Part shown: positions 38,967 through 47,301 of the stretch, one piece after another | How the letters are laid out: each line of letters starts with the position of its first letter | Position numbering within the stretch: the stretch's first letter is position 1 | Origin: an uncultured Thermoleophilia bacterium | GTDB lineage: Bacteria > Actinomycetota > Thermoleophilia > Miltoncostaeales > Miltoncostaeaceae | Reading direction: 5' to 3' | Assembly: GCA_963771025.1 (NCBI GenBank) | Contig: CAVYRL010000003.1 | Location: 354,267 to 418,266, forward strand | DNA: 64,000 nucleotides | Program-made: the position numbers and the translations under genes | The notes under the pieces: generated by a model | Databases searched by the model: none | What the model saw: the letters and a program-made list of their open reading frames with translations, nothing else | Told to the model about the DNA's origin: nothing

Positions 38967-39040
38967 TGCGCCAGACAGGACTCGAACCTGTGACCTTCGG
39001 TTTCGTAGACCGACGCTCTATCCGCCTGAGCTACTGGCGC
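38967..39040 (-). tRNA. tRNA-Arg(ACG), CCA not encoded
   Basis: GCGCCAG acceptor stem, CT-ACG-AA anticodon loop, GGTTCGAGTCC T-arm; 74 nt. Confidence 0.97.
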
Positions 39041-39136
39041 GCGACACGGGAGGTTACCAGGGCCCGTGTGCCCCGCAGACGCGGGGCCACTGCAGCACGT
39101 CAACCGCCCGCGCGATGTCCGGCGCGGCTCCTGGAG

Positions 39137-39420
39137 TCACCTCGCGACGGTCGCCCGTGGCGGGGCGACAAGCAGTTCGAGCATGGACGCCATTGTGGCC
39201 ATCACCGCGGCGTCCTCCATGAGCGCATCGTGCGCCTCGGCCGACTCGTAGTCGGCGATCTCGACGAGGGCGTCGGGGGCGACGAGGGCCTCGTAGAGCT
39301 CGCCGCCGAGGTGGCCGCGCATGCTCGTTCCCTGGGCCGCGAAGAAGCTCTCGATCTGCTGCGTGAGATCGTCGCGCCGACCGGGTTCGCCTGCAGTTCC
39401 ACGATCACTTCGACGGCCAC
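39137..39420 (-). pseudogene. ABM-type (dimeric alpha+beta barrel) protein, frameshift at about 39381
   Basis: VAVEVIVELQANP and GRRDDLTQQIESFF...ALVEIADYESAEAH join if one G is added. Confidence 0.65.
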
Positions 39421-39510
39421 ATGGTCTCCGGTCGTATGAACTGACCTGCATGACCGCTCCCTCTCGGCGCGTTGTGCACTACCGCCAGGGAGTGCGATCG
39501 TGTTCGCTGG

Positions 39511-40377
39511 ATGCATCCGATAGCGGAAGGGCCGACGCCGAGCGGCGATGAGATCCGAGACGTTCAGCGAACGACCTGGGCTGGACTTTCTGCGGGCTGG
39601 GAGAAGTGGGACTCGGTCATCATGGATCAGCTGCGCCCGGTCTGCACAGCGATTATCGAGCGTCTCGACATCGCCGATGATCAGCAGCATCTCGACATCG
39701 CCGCGGGCACTGGTGAGCCGGGGCTGACCGTCGCCAAGCTCGCGCCGAGGGGGCACGTCGTTCTGACCGACCTTGCGGCAGAGATGCTCGACATCGCGAC
39801 GCGACGAGCGAATGTGCAGGGGATCACCAACTTTGAGACCAGGGTCTGCAGCGCCGATGACCTGCCATTCGGTGACGCGACATTCGACAGTATCTCGGTG
39901 CGGTTCGGATACATGTTCTTTCCCGACGTCGCCAAAGCGACCGCCGAGTTCGCGCGCGTGCTCAAGCGGGGCGGACGTCTCTGCTCGTCGGTATGGGTGA
40001 AGCCCGAGGAAAACCCGTGGACGACGATCGCCATCCAGGCAATCGCGACGGAGGCGGTGCTGGCGCCACCCGACCCGGACGGGCCGAATATGTTTCGGTG
40101 CGCTGCCCCGGGATATGTCAGTGCCCTGTACGAGGCCGCGGGGCTGCGCGACGTTGCCGAGTGGAACGTCAACGTCGAACTCGTGACCCGATCGCCGGCG
40201 CAGTATTGGGAGATGATCAGCGAACACGTCTCGCTCGCAGTTGCGGCGCTTCAGCAGGTCGGCGAACCGGCGCGGGAGCGAATCGCGAAAGCCGTGATCG
40301 CCAGGGTCGGCACCTACGCGGTAGACGGCGAGGTACGGATTCCGGGCGTGGCCCGCTGCGTCGTCGGCACGAAATAA
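39511..40377 (+). CDS. Class I SAM-dependent methyltransferase
   Basis: LDIAAGTGEPG, DLAAEML and LPFGDATFD...RFGYMFFPD motifs. Confidence 0.92.
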   Translation: MHPIAEGPTPSGDEIRDVQRTTWAGLSAGWEKWDSVIMDQLRPVCTAIIERLDIADDQQHLDIAAGTGEPGLTVAKLAPRGHVVLTDLAAEMLDIATRRANVQGITNFETRVCSADDLPFGDATFDSISVRFGYMFFPDVAKATAEFARVLKRGGRLCSSVWVKPEENPWTTIAIQAIATEAVLAPPDPDGPNMFRCAAPGYVSALYEAAGLRDVAEWNVNVELVTRSPAQYWEMISEHVSLAVAALQQVGEPARERIAKAVIARVGTYAVDGEVRIPGVARCVVGTK

Positions 40378-40503
40378 GGACACCCGAACTGCCGGTGGTT
40401 GGAACGGGCATGGGATCCGAAGTCGCGGGTCATGGTCGAGCCCAACTCGAGTTCGGCGGCCCGGCACGGGTGCGCCGCTCCCCCAGACCGCCGTGCCGGC
40501 CGT

Positions 40504-41256
40504 TCACCGACCGCCGGCTGGTGAGGGGGGGATGAGTCGCAGGCCCGGCTCGGCTTCGTCGGGGGCGGGCGGGAGTTCGGCGACGAGTTCCGTGAGCAGC
40601 GGGTTGTAGAGCGCCACGCTGCGAAGCACGGGTCTGGCGCCGGTGTCCGAGGTCGTGCGCTCTATTCGCAACAGGGGCGCCGCCCTGGGCACCTGGAGCA
40701 GCTCGGCGTCCGTCTTCGTGGCACTCACGGCGGTGATCGTCTGCGTGGCGCCCCCCAGCTCGATGCCCAGCTGCTCGGAGAGCGGTCGCTTCTCCAGCGC
40801 CCTGGGCGAGAGGCCGCCCGCGAGATCTGCTCTCGCCCAGACGGTTGCGGTCGCGAATGGCTGCCCATCCACGCGGTCAACTCGAACGATCTCCAGGACG
40901 AAATCCGTCCGGAGGACCTCGATGAGCGCCGCCGGGGTCGCGACGAATGCGAACCGCAGCAGGTCGCGCCCCGGCTTTCGTCCGGCTGCCACGATCTGGC
41001 GCTCGATCGTCGTCAGGTCGCGCAGAGACTGGCGCAGCGGTGCCTTCACGACGTACCAGCCAAAGCCCTGGCGGCTCTCGACGAGGCCGTCCATCTTGAG
41101 CCGGGTGAGAGCCCTTCGAACGGTCGCTCGGCTGGCGTGGTGGTGGGCGGCGAGCTCGGCCTCGGAGGGCAGCAGCCGGCCGGCGGCGATCTCGCCGGCC
41201 GCGATCCGGCGGCGCAGTTCGTCGGCGATCAGGAGGTAGCGGAGCTCTCGGGCCAC
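40504..41256 (-). CDS. GntR family regulator (HutC/UTRA subfamily)
   Basis: LPSEAELA....SRATVRRAL..L...GLV....G.G HTH plus UTRA domain. Confidence 0.92.
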   Translation of the reverse strand: MARELRYLLIADELRRRIAAGEIAAGRLLPSEAELAAHHHASRATVRRALTRLKMDGLVESRQGFGWYVVKAPLRQSLRDLTTIERQIVAAGRKPGRDLLRFAFVATPAALIEVLRTDFVLEIVRVDRVDGQPFATATVWARADLAGGLSPRALEKRPLSEQLGIELGGATQTITAVSATKTDAELLQVPRAAPLLRIERTTSDTGARPVLRSVALYNPLLTELVAELPPAPDEAEPGLRLIPPSPAGGR

Positions 41257-41275
41257 GGTCTCCCAATCGTAGTAG

Positions 41276-41303
41276 ACAAGTAACGTACAAGTCTGCTACA
41301 AGT
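41276..41303. promoter_or_regulatory. Three ACAAGT direct repeats at 11-bp period (probable GntR operator)
   Basis: ACAAGT at 41276, 41287 and 41298, between divergent gntR and dehydrogenase genes. Confidence 0.7.
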
Positions 41304-41329
41304 GGTCTCCTTCGTGGTTCAGGTGCCGG

Positions 41330-42313
41330 GTGGTGACGATGAGGGTGGCGATCCTCGACGACTGGTTTGACACCCTGCGGACGCTGCCGTGCTTCGAGAC
41401 GCTGGCGCGCCATCAGGTCACCGTCTTCAACGATCACCTCGCCGACACCGACGCCCTCGCCGAGCGCCTCGCTGAGTTCGACGCGCTGGTCCTGATCCGC
41501 GAGCGCACCGAGATTCGGGAGGCGCTCCTGGAGCGCCTCCCGAATCTTCGACTGATCAGTCAGCGGAGCGTCTACCCGCACATCGACGTCAACGCGTGCA
41601 CCCGGCTGGGGATCTTGGTGTGCTCCGACCAGCACGCCGGCACCCCCTCCTATGCGACAGCCGAGCTGACCTGGGCCCTCGTGCTCGCCGCCGTGCGCCA
41701 GATCCCGCGGCAGGTCGCATCGCTCAGGTCCGGGAAATGGCAGGCGGGCGTGGGCAGCACGCTGATCGGCAAGACGCTCGGTGTCTACGGCTACGGCCGG
41801 ATCGGACGGGTCGTGGCGGGCTACGGCGCTGCGTTCGGCATGAGCGTCCACGTCCTTGCGCGCCCGGAGTCCTTGTCCGACGCTCGAGCTGACGGGTTCA
41901 CGGCGGCCGAGGACAAGGACCGGTTCTTCGAGGAGTGCGACGTGGTGTCGCTTCACATGCGACTCGTACCGGCGACCAGAGGAATCGTCACTGCGAGTGA
42001 CCTGAGCCGCATGAAGGCGACGGCGCTGCTCGTCAACACGAGTCGCGCCGCGCTCATCCAGCCCGGGGCACTCGTCGAAGCGCTGCGGGGGGGCCGCCCG
42101 GCGATGGCGGCTGTCGATGTCTTCGAGGACGAGCCCCTGCGCGACACACGCCATCCGCTCCTCAACATGGACAACGTCGTCTGCACTCCTCACATCGGCT
42201 ACGTGACCCGCGAGGAGTGGCAGGTGCAGTTCTCCGACGTCTTCGATCAGATCAACGCCTTCGCGGCCGGCTCGCCGATCAACATCGTGAACCCGGAGGT
42301 GCTCGGACGGTGA
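41330..42313 (+). CDS. D-2-hydroxyacid dehydrogenase family protein
   Basis: [27 protein letters not shown] and TPHIGY motifs. Confidence 0.93.
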   Translation: MVTMRVAILDDWFDTLRTLPCFETLARHQVTVFNDHLADTDALAERLAEFDALVLIRERTEIREALLERLPNLRLISQRSVYPHIDVNACTRLGILVCSDQHAGTPSYATAELTWALVLAAVRQIPRQVASLRSGKWQAGVGSTLIGKTLGVYGYGRIGRVVAGYGAAFGMSVHVLARPESLSDARADGFTAAEDKDRFFEECDVVSLHMRLVPATRGIVTASDLSRMKATALLVNTSRAALIQPGALVEALRGGRPAMAAVDVFEDEPLRDTRHPLLNMDNVVCTPHIGYVTREEWQVQFSDVFDQINAFAAGSPINIVNPEVLGR

Positions 42314-42672
42314 GCGGCGGGCGCGCGGACCAAACCGGCGGCGGCCGCGACGGGTGCGCCCGCGAGACGGGCCGGCGCCGGAAGGACGCCGGCCCGACGA
42401 TCGCGAACCGGACGCTCGTGGTGCAGCTGCTGGAGTGGCTCGCGCGCGGCCCACGACCGTATCCCGAGGTCATGAGAGCGTGGCGGACGTCGTGCCCCCG
42501 GCTCTCGATCTGGGAGGACGCGCTCGAGCTCGGCTTCCTGCGCCTCGAGCACGCTGAGGGCGGGGCCGGCGCGCTGGTCCGGCTCACCCCGGAGGGACGC
42601 GCCTTTCTCGCCGGGGTGATGCCGATCGCGGGCACCCTCGGTGGGCGCAGCGCCGTCACCCGACGATCCTGA
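42310..42672 (+). CDS. Small protein with WRTSCPRL motif (wHTH-like)
   Basis: GTGA overlap with the dehydrogenase stop; [28 protein letters not shown] and LTPEGRAFL. Confidence 0.65.
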   Translation: MSGGRADQTGGGRDGCARETGRRRKDAGPTIANRTLVVQLLEWLARGPRPYPEVMRAWRTSCPRLSIWEDALELGFLRLEHAEGGAGALVRLTPEGRAFLAGVMPIAGTLGGRSAVTRRS

Positions 42673-42830
42673 CTCGTCCGCGGGTCGCGGCGGCCGACGA
42701 GGACGTGGCCTCTCACGGTTGCAACCGGCTCAGGACCGGAGTCTGAGCAACTGCCGGCGGCACCATCAGCGTCGAGCTCAGGGGCACTGGCCGGGCGCGA
42801 TGTCGTCACCCTGGCATGGAGGTCTGTCGC

Positions 42831-43127
42831 TCAGCTCACGCTTGCTCGGAACGCCACTCCCTCGCCGCCGATCGCCGCAGAGGTCTCGATGGGAATGATG
42901 GCGCGGGTGTCGAACCTCAGCCACGGGGTCCACGGCGCGACGACCCGCTGAAGGGTCTCCGCGCTGTCGACCTCGATCAGGGCCACTCCGCCTGTGCCGT
43001 CGGCGAATCCGAAGAAGCCCTTGAACTCCGCCTCGTCCGGCGGCTTCCACTGCGAGAAGACCTGGAGCGACCGGGCCGTGCCGGCCTCGCTCGTGTCCGT
43101 GAACCCCCACGTCACGCAGAACAACAT
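42831..43127 (-). CDS. DUF3303-like small alpha/beta barrel protein
   Basis: MLF.V.W, ADG.GGVALIEVDS...L and PW.PW..F...I motifs. Confidence 0.75.
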   Translation of the reverse strand: MLFCVTWGFTDTSEAGTARSLQVFSQWKPPDEAEFKGFFGFADGTGGVALIEVDSAETLQRVVAPWTPWLRFDTRAIIPIETSAAIGGEGVAFRASVS

Positions 43128-43287
43128 GGTGCCCCCTCTCGGGTCGCATACCCGCAGGTGTCGGGTGCCCACATGGGCTGGGAATTTGGAGCCTAAGTCG
43201 TCCGACCCGCGGCACGCCAGCCCCGCGATAGCGCCCGCCTCGCCCCGTGAGGCCGGTTGTGTCTCGCAGTCCGGGCGTGGCGGACGC

Positions 43288-44502
43288 TCAGTCGGGCGAA
43301 CTGTTCCTACAGAGCTCGGCGGCCCGGGCGCGGGCAGCCTGGCGGACCAGGTGGTCGCGCTCGGCGACATTCGTTGCCCGACGGGCGGCATCCGCGTACG
43401 CCGCGCAGGCAGCCGGCAGATCGCCATCGAGCTCGAACAGGTAGCCGCGGACCGCATGCCACCGGTGGCGGTCGCCGAGCACCTCGCGCAGCCGGTCGGT
43501 CTCGCGCAGCCCCGCCGCGGCACCGAGCACGTGGCCGGCCGCGACCGCGCGCCCGAGCACGGCGGCGGGGTCGCGGCGCACTGGGTCGTCGGTGAGGGCG
43601 ACAAGATCGTCGTACCAGGAGAGGATCTGCGGCCAGTCGGTCTCCTCGGCGCTGGCCGCGTCGTCGTGCAGCGCGGCGATGGCGGCCTCGACCTGGTAGC
43701 GGCCCGGGCGCTCGAGCGCGAGCGCCGACTGCAGGATGCGTACGCCCTCGGCGATCTCGCGGGTGTCCCACATACCCCGGTCCTGCCGGTCGAGCGTGAC
43801 GATGCGACCCTCTGAGTCGAGTCGCGCCGCCAGGCGGGCGTGGTTGAGGAGCATCAGGGCGAGCAGGCCGCGCGCCTCCGGCTCCTGGGTGGCGAGGGTG
43901 AGTTGGCGAGCGAGCCGGATCGCCTCGCCGGCCAGATCCACCCGGCCGGCGTGGCCGGCCGTGTAGACGAGGTAGAGCACGCGCAGTACGACGGCGAGGT
44001 CGCCGGGCCGGTCCAGCCGGCGCCCCCGCAGGGCGCGCTTGGCCCGGCTGATCCGCTGCGCCATCGTCGTCTCCGGCACGTAGAACGCGTCGGCGATCTC
44101 CCGGGTGGTGAGGCCGCCGACGGCGCGCAGGGTGAGCGCCACCTGGGAGCTGGGCGCCAGGTCAGGGTGGCAGCAGCAGAAGAGCAGGAAGAGGGTGTCG
44201 TCTCCGGTCTCCTCGGTGGTGGCGGGCTGCGGCTCGGCGTACGTCGCGTCCTCGCGGCGGTGACGGGCGGCCTCGCTGCGACGGGCGTCGACGAGCCGCC
44301 GGGTCGCGACCGTCGACAACCACGCCCGCGGGTCGCGCGGCGGGTGCTCGGGCCAGACGCGCAGCGCCTCCAGGAGCGCTTCCTGCAGCGCGTCCTCGGC
44401 GGCGTCGAAGTCCTCGCCGCGGCGGAGCAAGCCCGCGAGCACCCGGGGGACGAGGGCGCGCAGCGCGCCCTCGTCCAGCAGTCGTGTGGGCTCGTCGATC
44501 AC
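43288..44502 (-). CDS. ECF sigma factor with C-terminal TPR extension (ECF42-like)
   Basis: AEDALQEA, AWL.TVA.RR.VD, LFLLFCCCHP, LTLRAVGGLTTREIA.AF and Q.EAAIAALH motifs. Confidence 0.9.
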   Translation of the reverse strand: MIDEPTRLLDEGALRALVPRVLAGLLRRGEDFDAAEDALQEALLEALRVWPEHPPRDPRAWLSTVATRRLVDARRSEAARHRREDATYAEPQPATTEETGDDTLFLLFCCCHPDLAPSSQVALTLRAVGGLTTREIADAFYVPETTMAQRISRAKRALRGRRLDRPGDLAVVLRVLYLVYTAGHAGRVDLAGEAIRLARQLTLATQEPEARGLLALMLLNHARLAARLDSEGRIVTLDRQDRGMWDTREIAEGVRILQSALALERPGRYQVEAAIAALHDDAASAEETDWPQILSWYDDLVALTDDPVRRDPAAVLGRAVAAGHVLGAAAGLRETDRLREVLGDRHRWHAVRGYLFELDGDLPAACAAYADAARRATNVAERDHLVRQAARARAAELCRNSSPD

Positions 44503-44508
44503 GCCGGG

Positions 44509-44919
44509 TCAGTCGTCCGAGGCCGCCCCGGACATGACCTCCCGGACGTCGATCCACTCATAGAGCGGCGCGCCGCCGGGGCCGGGCTCGGAGGAGACGT
44601 AGGCCGCGATCTCGAGCGCGCGCTCGTGGGACTCCACGTCGATCATGTACCAGCCGGCGATCAAGTCGCTGGTCTCGGGGTGCGGGCCGTCGCTGGTGAC
44701 CGGTGCGGCATCCGGGCCGCCATAGCGCACCCAGGTGCGCGCCGGCGTGAGCGCCTGTGCGCCGACGTACTCGCCCTTCTCCTCGAGCAGCTCGCTGACG
44801 TGCCTGAGGAAGGTCATGTGCGCCTCCACGTCCTCGGGGGCCCACTGGTCCATCGGGGGGAACGGGCGGTAGGGCTCCGGGCCGCCGCGGTAGTGCTTGA
44901 GGAGCAGGTACTTCGGCAT
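44509..44919 (-). CDS. YciI/DGPF family protein (ECF42 partner)
   Basis: MPKYLLL and TSDGPHPETSDLIAGWYMIDV motifs; directly upstream of the sigma gene. Confidence 0.88.
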   Translation of the reverse strand: MPKYLLLKHYRGGPEPYRPFPPMDQWAPEDVEAHMTFLRHVSELLEEKGEYVGAQALTPARTWVRYGGPDAAPVTSDGPHPETSDLIAGWYMIDVESHERALEIAAYVSSEPGPGGAPLYEWIDVREVMSGAASDD

Positions 44920-45191
44920 GGTGGACTCCTGGTGTCGTGGGCCGTGCCTGTCGTGGCCCTTCACCTGGTGAGCGGATCCGGTCAGAGATTCTCGACATGC
45001 AATCACTCATCGGGAGGGGAAACGTCGGTGGCCGCCCGCATCAGCGCCACCGCTGTACTGCCGCCGGGCTGCCTACCGGCGCCGGCGGGGCACGCCGCTA
45101 CTCTCGCCACACGGGCTCTCGCGGGGTGCGCCGTCCCGATTCAGGCCTTTATCCGGCCGTTCTTTCGGCGCACGGGGCCGGCCCGGACGAA

Positions 45192-45281
45192 CGGAGAGGG
45201 AGGGATTCGAACCCTCGAATCAGGTTAACCCCGATTACCCGCTTAGCAGGCGGATGCCTTCAGCCACTCGGCCACCTCTCC
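45192..45281 (-). tRNA. tRNA-Ser(GCT), CCA not encoded
   Basis: GGAGAGG acceptor, CT-GCT-AA loop, long variable arm, GGTTCGAATCC; 90 nt. Confidence 0.97.
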
Positions 45282-45338
45282 GCGCGGGCCGTATCGTAGC
45301 GACCGGCCCTTCGCGCCGTGGAGCGTGCGGGGTCGCGC

Positions 45339-45426
45339 GGAGGGGTGGCAGAGCGGTCGAATGCGACGGTCTTGAAAACCGTTGCCGGGCAACCCCCGGC
45401 CGAGGGTTCGAATCCCTCCCCCTCCG
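45339..45426 (+). tRNA. tRNA-Ser(TGA), CCA not encoded
   Basis: GGAGGGG acceptor, CT-TGA-AA loop, long variable arm, GGTTCGAATCC; 88 nt. Confidence 0.97.
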
Positions 45427-46100
45427 TTCGATCATCCCGGGATCCCGGATCCCACGCGGGACGCCGGGGGACCCAGGGCCGGAACCAGGTGACCCCGTCG
45501 AGGGCGTGCTGTTCTGGCTCACCGGGTCGCTCCGGCGGAGGTCTCGGCGTGCGTGGAGAACTTCGACGTCCGTGTCGACGGGCGTCGGCACGCCGGAGTT
45601 CCACGCGACCATCGAGCCGATCCCGAGCGCGGCCGCCGGCCCTCGTGAGCCTGCTGTGCGGAGGCCGGGTGCCGTCGGCGGAGGCTCCCCCGAGCGTGTG
45701 ACGACGGCGTGGCGGGGTCGCCCCGCAGGGAGGGCTCCCTTCCCATTCCCTGGACAAGCCTTAAGCCCCCGCCAATGGACGCGGCATATGGTCCCGGTCG
45801 GGCCAGGCGCTGTAAGGCCTGGTTGCGCTCACCCTGCGTCCGCGGAGTGGGATGGTGGATGTCTTCGCGTCGCACCCAGCTCGCATCCGATTGATTGCAC
45901 CAGGTGACCGCGCCCGGTCCGTGTGGCTGTCCCGCCGCGCGTACCGCGGTGCCGTTCGCGATGGCCACGCGCGTGCGTGGCGAAGCCCCCGGCGACGTGT
46001 CCGGGGAGCAGGGAGAGGCGCCGTACACCCGTTGGGCGGCCGTGGGCGGGACCGGCTCTTGCCCTGACGATGCCCGCTGGACGGGCGAATAGGAGTTTCT

Positions 46101-46658
46101 ATGGCTCATCGACGTGTTCACATTCGGGTTGGCCCAAGGGCCCTCGTCGGCTCGCTGGCGGTGCTCGGTGCCGCTCTCGTGATCGCAGGCTGCGGAAGCA
46201 GTTCGAGCAGCGCCAGCGCCACCACCGGCGCGAGCACCACCTCCGGCGCGAGCAGCACGACCGCCGCGGCCGCGGTGACGATCTCCAGCCAGAGCCTGCC
46301 CGGGCTCGGTCCCGTGCTGGTCAACGGCCAGGGCCACACCCTCTACATGTTCGTCCCCGACAAGCAGGGCAAGGTGACCTGCATGGGAACGTGCGCGGCG
46401 GTGTGGCCGCCCGTGGTGGTGGCGAGCGGGCAGAAGGCGGTCGCGGCGGGAGCCGTGAAGGCCTCGTTGCTCGGGAGCGTCGCCAATCCCAATCCCGGCG
46501 GAGGCCAGGTCGTGACCTATAACAAGTGGCCGCTTTACACCTATGTCCCCGACACGTCGAAGGGCGATCACGACGGCCAGGCGCTGAACGTCAACGGCGG
46601 CCTGTGGTACGTGCTCTCACCATCCGGACAGGTGATCAAGGCCAAGGTCGCGGGGTAA
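46101..46658 (+). CDS. Lipoprotein with COG4315 (Lipoprotein_15) repeats
   Basis: IAGC lipobox, Ser/Thr linker, G.TLY.F..D...C...CA..WPP and QVVTYNKWPLY motifs. Confidence 0.88.
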   Translation: MAHRRVHIRVGPRALVGSLAVLGAALVIAGCGSSSSSASATTGASTTSGASSTTAAAAVTISSQSLPGLGPVLVNGQGHTLYMFVPDKQGKVTCMGTCAAVWPPVVVASGQKAVAAGAVKASLLGSVANPNPGGGQVVTYNKWPLYTYVPDTSKGDHDGQALNVNGGLWYVLSPSGQVIKAKVAG

Positions 46659-46699
46659 CGCGTCTCACCGCCCGGCGGCACCCGCCGAGCGAACGCCGC

Positions 46700-46758
46700 G
46701 GGGGTCGGCGGGATCATCAGCCCGCCGACCCCCGTCGTGCACCGAGCGACGGGGGTCG
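46700..46758 (+). promoter_or_regulatory. Two mutually exclusive strong hairpins (candidate RNA switch)
   Basis: Arm 46721-46733 pairs perfectly with 46700-46712 (13 bp). Overlapping arm 46726-46737 pairs perfectly with 46747-46758 (12 bp). Confidence 0.55.
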
Positions 46759-46950
46759 CGAGGAAACGAGATCCTTCCCGGGCCGTGGCACTGCTCCACG
46801 GTCCACGAGCTCTGGGCATCCAGATCAGTTCGATCCCCCGCACCCGCGCCAGGCGGGTTCGTCGAACGGTGGTGCGGCTCCCGCGGCGGCGGGCGCGTGA
46901 CCCCGGGGCGACCTGTGGTCGGACGTGACCAGCGCGATAACCTCCCGGCG

Positions 46951-47301
46951 ATGGGATCCCCAGCGCCCGCCGTCTACACCACCGCATCATGGGAGCCCTT
47001 TCCCGACCAGGTCGGGGCCTTCCACGAGGAGTGGGCCGAGTTCGCCAGGTGGGCGACCGGGTTCCCCGGCGCGGGGCGCGCGGTGCTCGGCCACGACGTG
47101 CGCGCCCAGGGACGGTACCTCAGCTTCATCTCCTGGGAGAGCATGGAGGCGATGCGCGCGTGGAAGGCCTCCCCTGACTTCAAGCCGCGGATGAGCCGTG
47201 TGCAGGCGCACATCGACAAGTTCTCGCCCACCGAGATCGTCCTCATCGCCGAGGCCGAGGGCGGCGCGGCGTCGATCGCGCCCATCGAAGATCCGGTGTG
47301 A
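46951..47301 (+). CDS. Antibiotic biosynthesis monooxygenase (ABM) family protein
   Basis: YLSFISWESMEAMRAWK.S..F motif. Confidence 0.8.
   Translation: MGSPAPAVYTTASWEPFPDQVGAFHEEWAEFARWATGFPGAGRAVLGHDVRAQGRYLSFISWESMEAMRAWKASPDFKPRMSRVQAHIDKFSPTEIVLIAEAEGGAASIAPIEDPV

Noticed and set aside
39457-39469. CTCCCTCTC resembling a tRNA-Ser(GCT) 3'-end duplication
   Set aside because: Wrong orientation for an att repeat; better explained as a purine-rich minus-strand RBS-like tract.
42728-42760. SRP RNA-like TCAGGACCGGA
   Set aside because: It lacks the AGGAAGCAGC continuation and the long enclosing helix.
45700-45770. SAM-IV or cobalamin riboswitch-like words (CGTGGCGGGGT.GCCCC; GGGAAGG..AGCC)
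   Set aside because: The other conserved core elements are absent.
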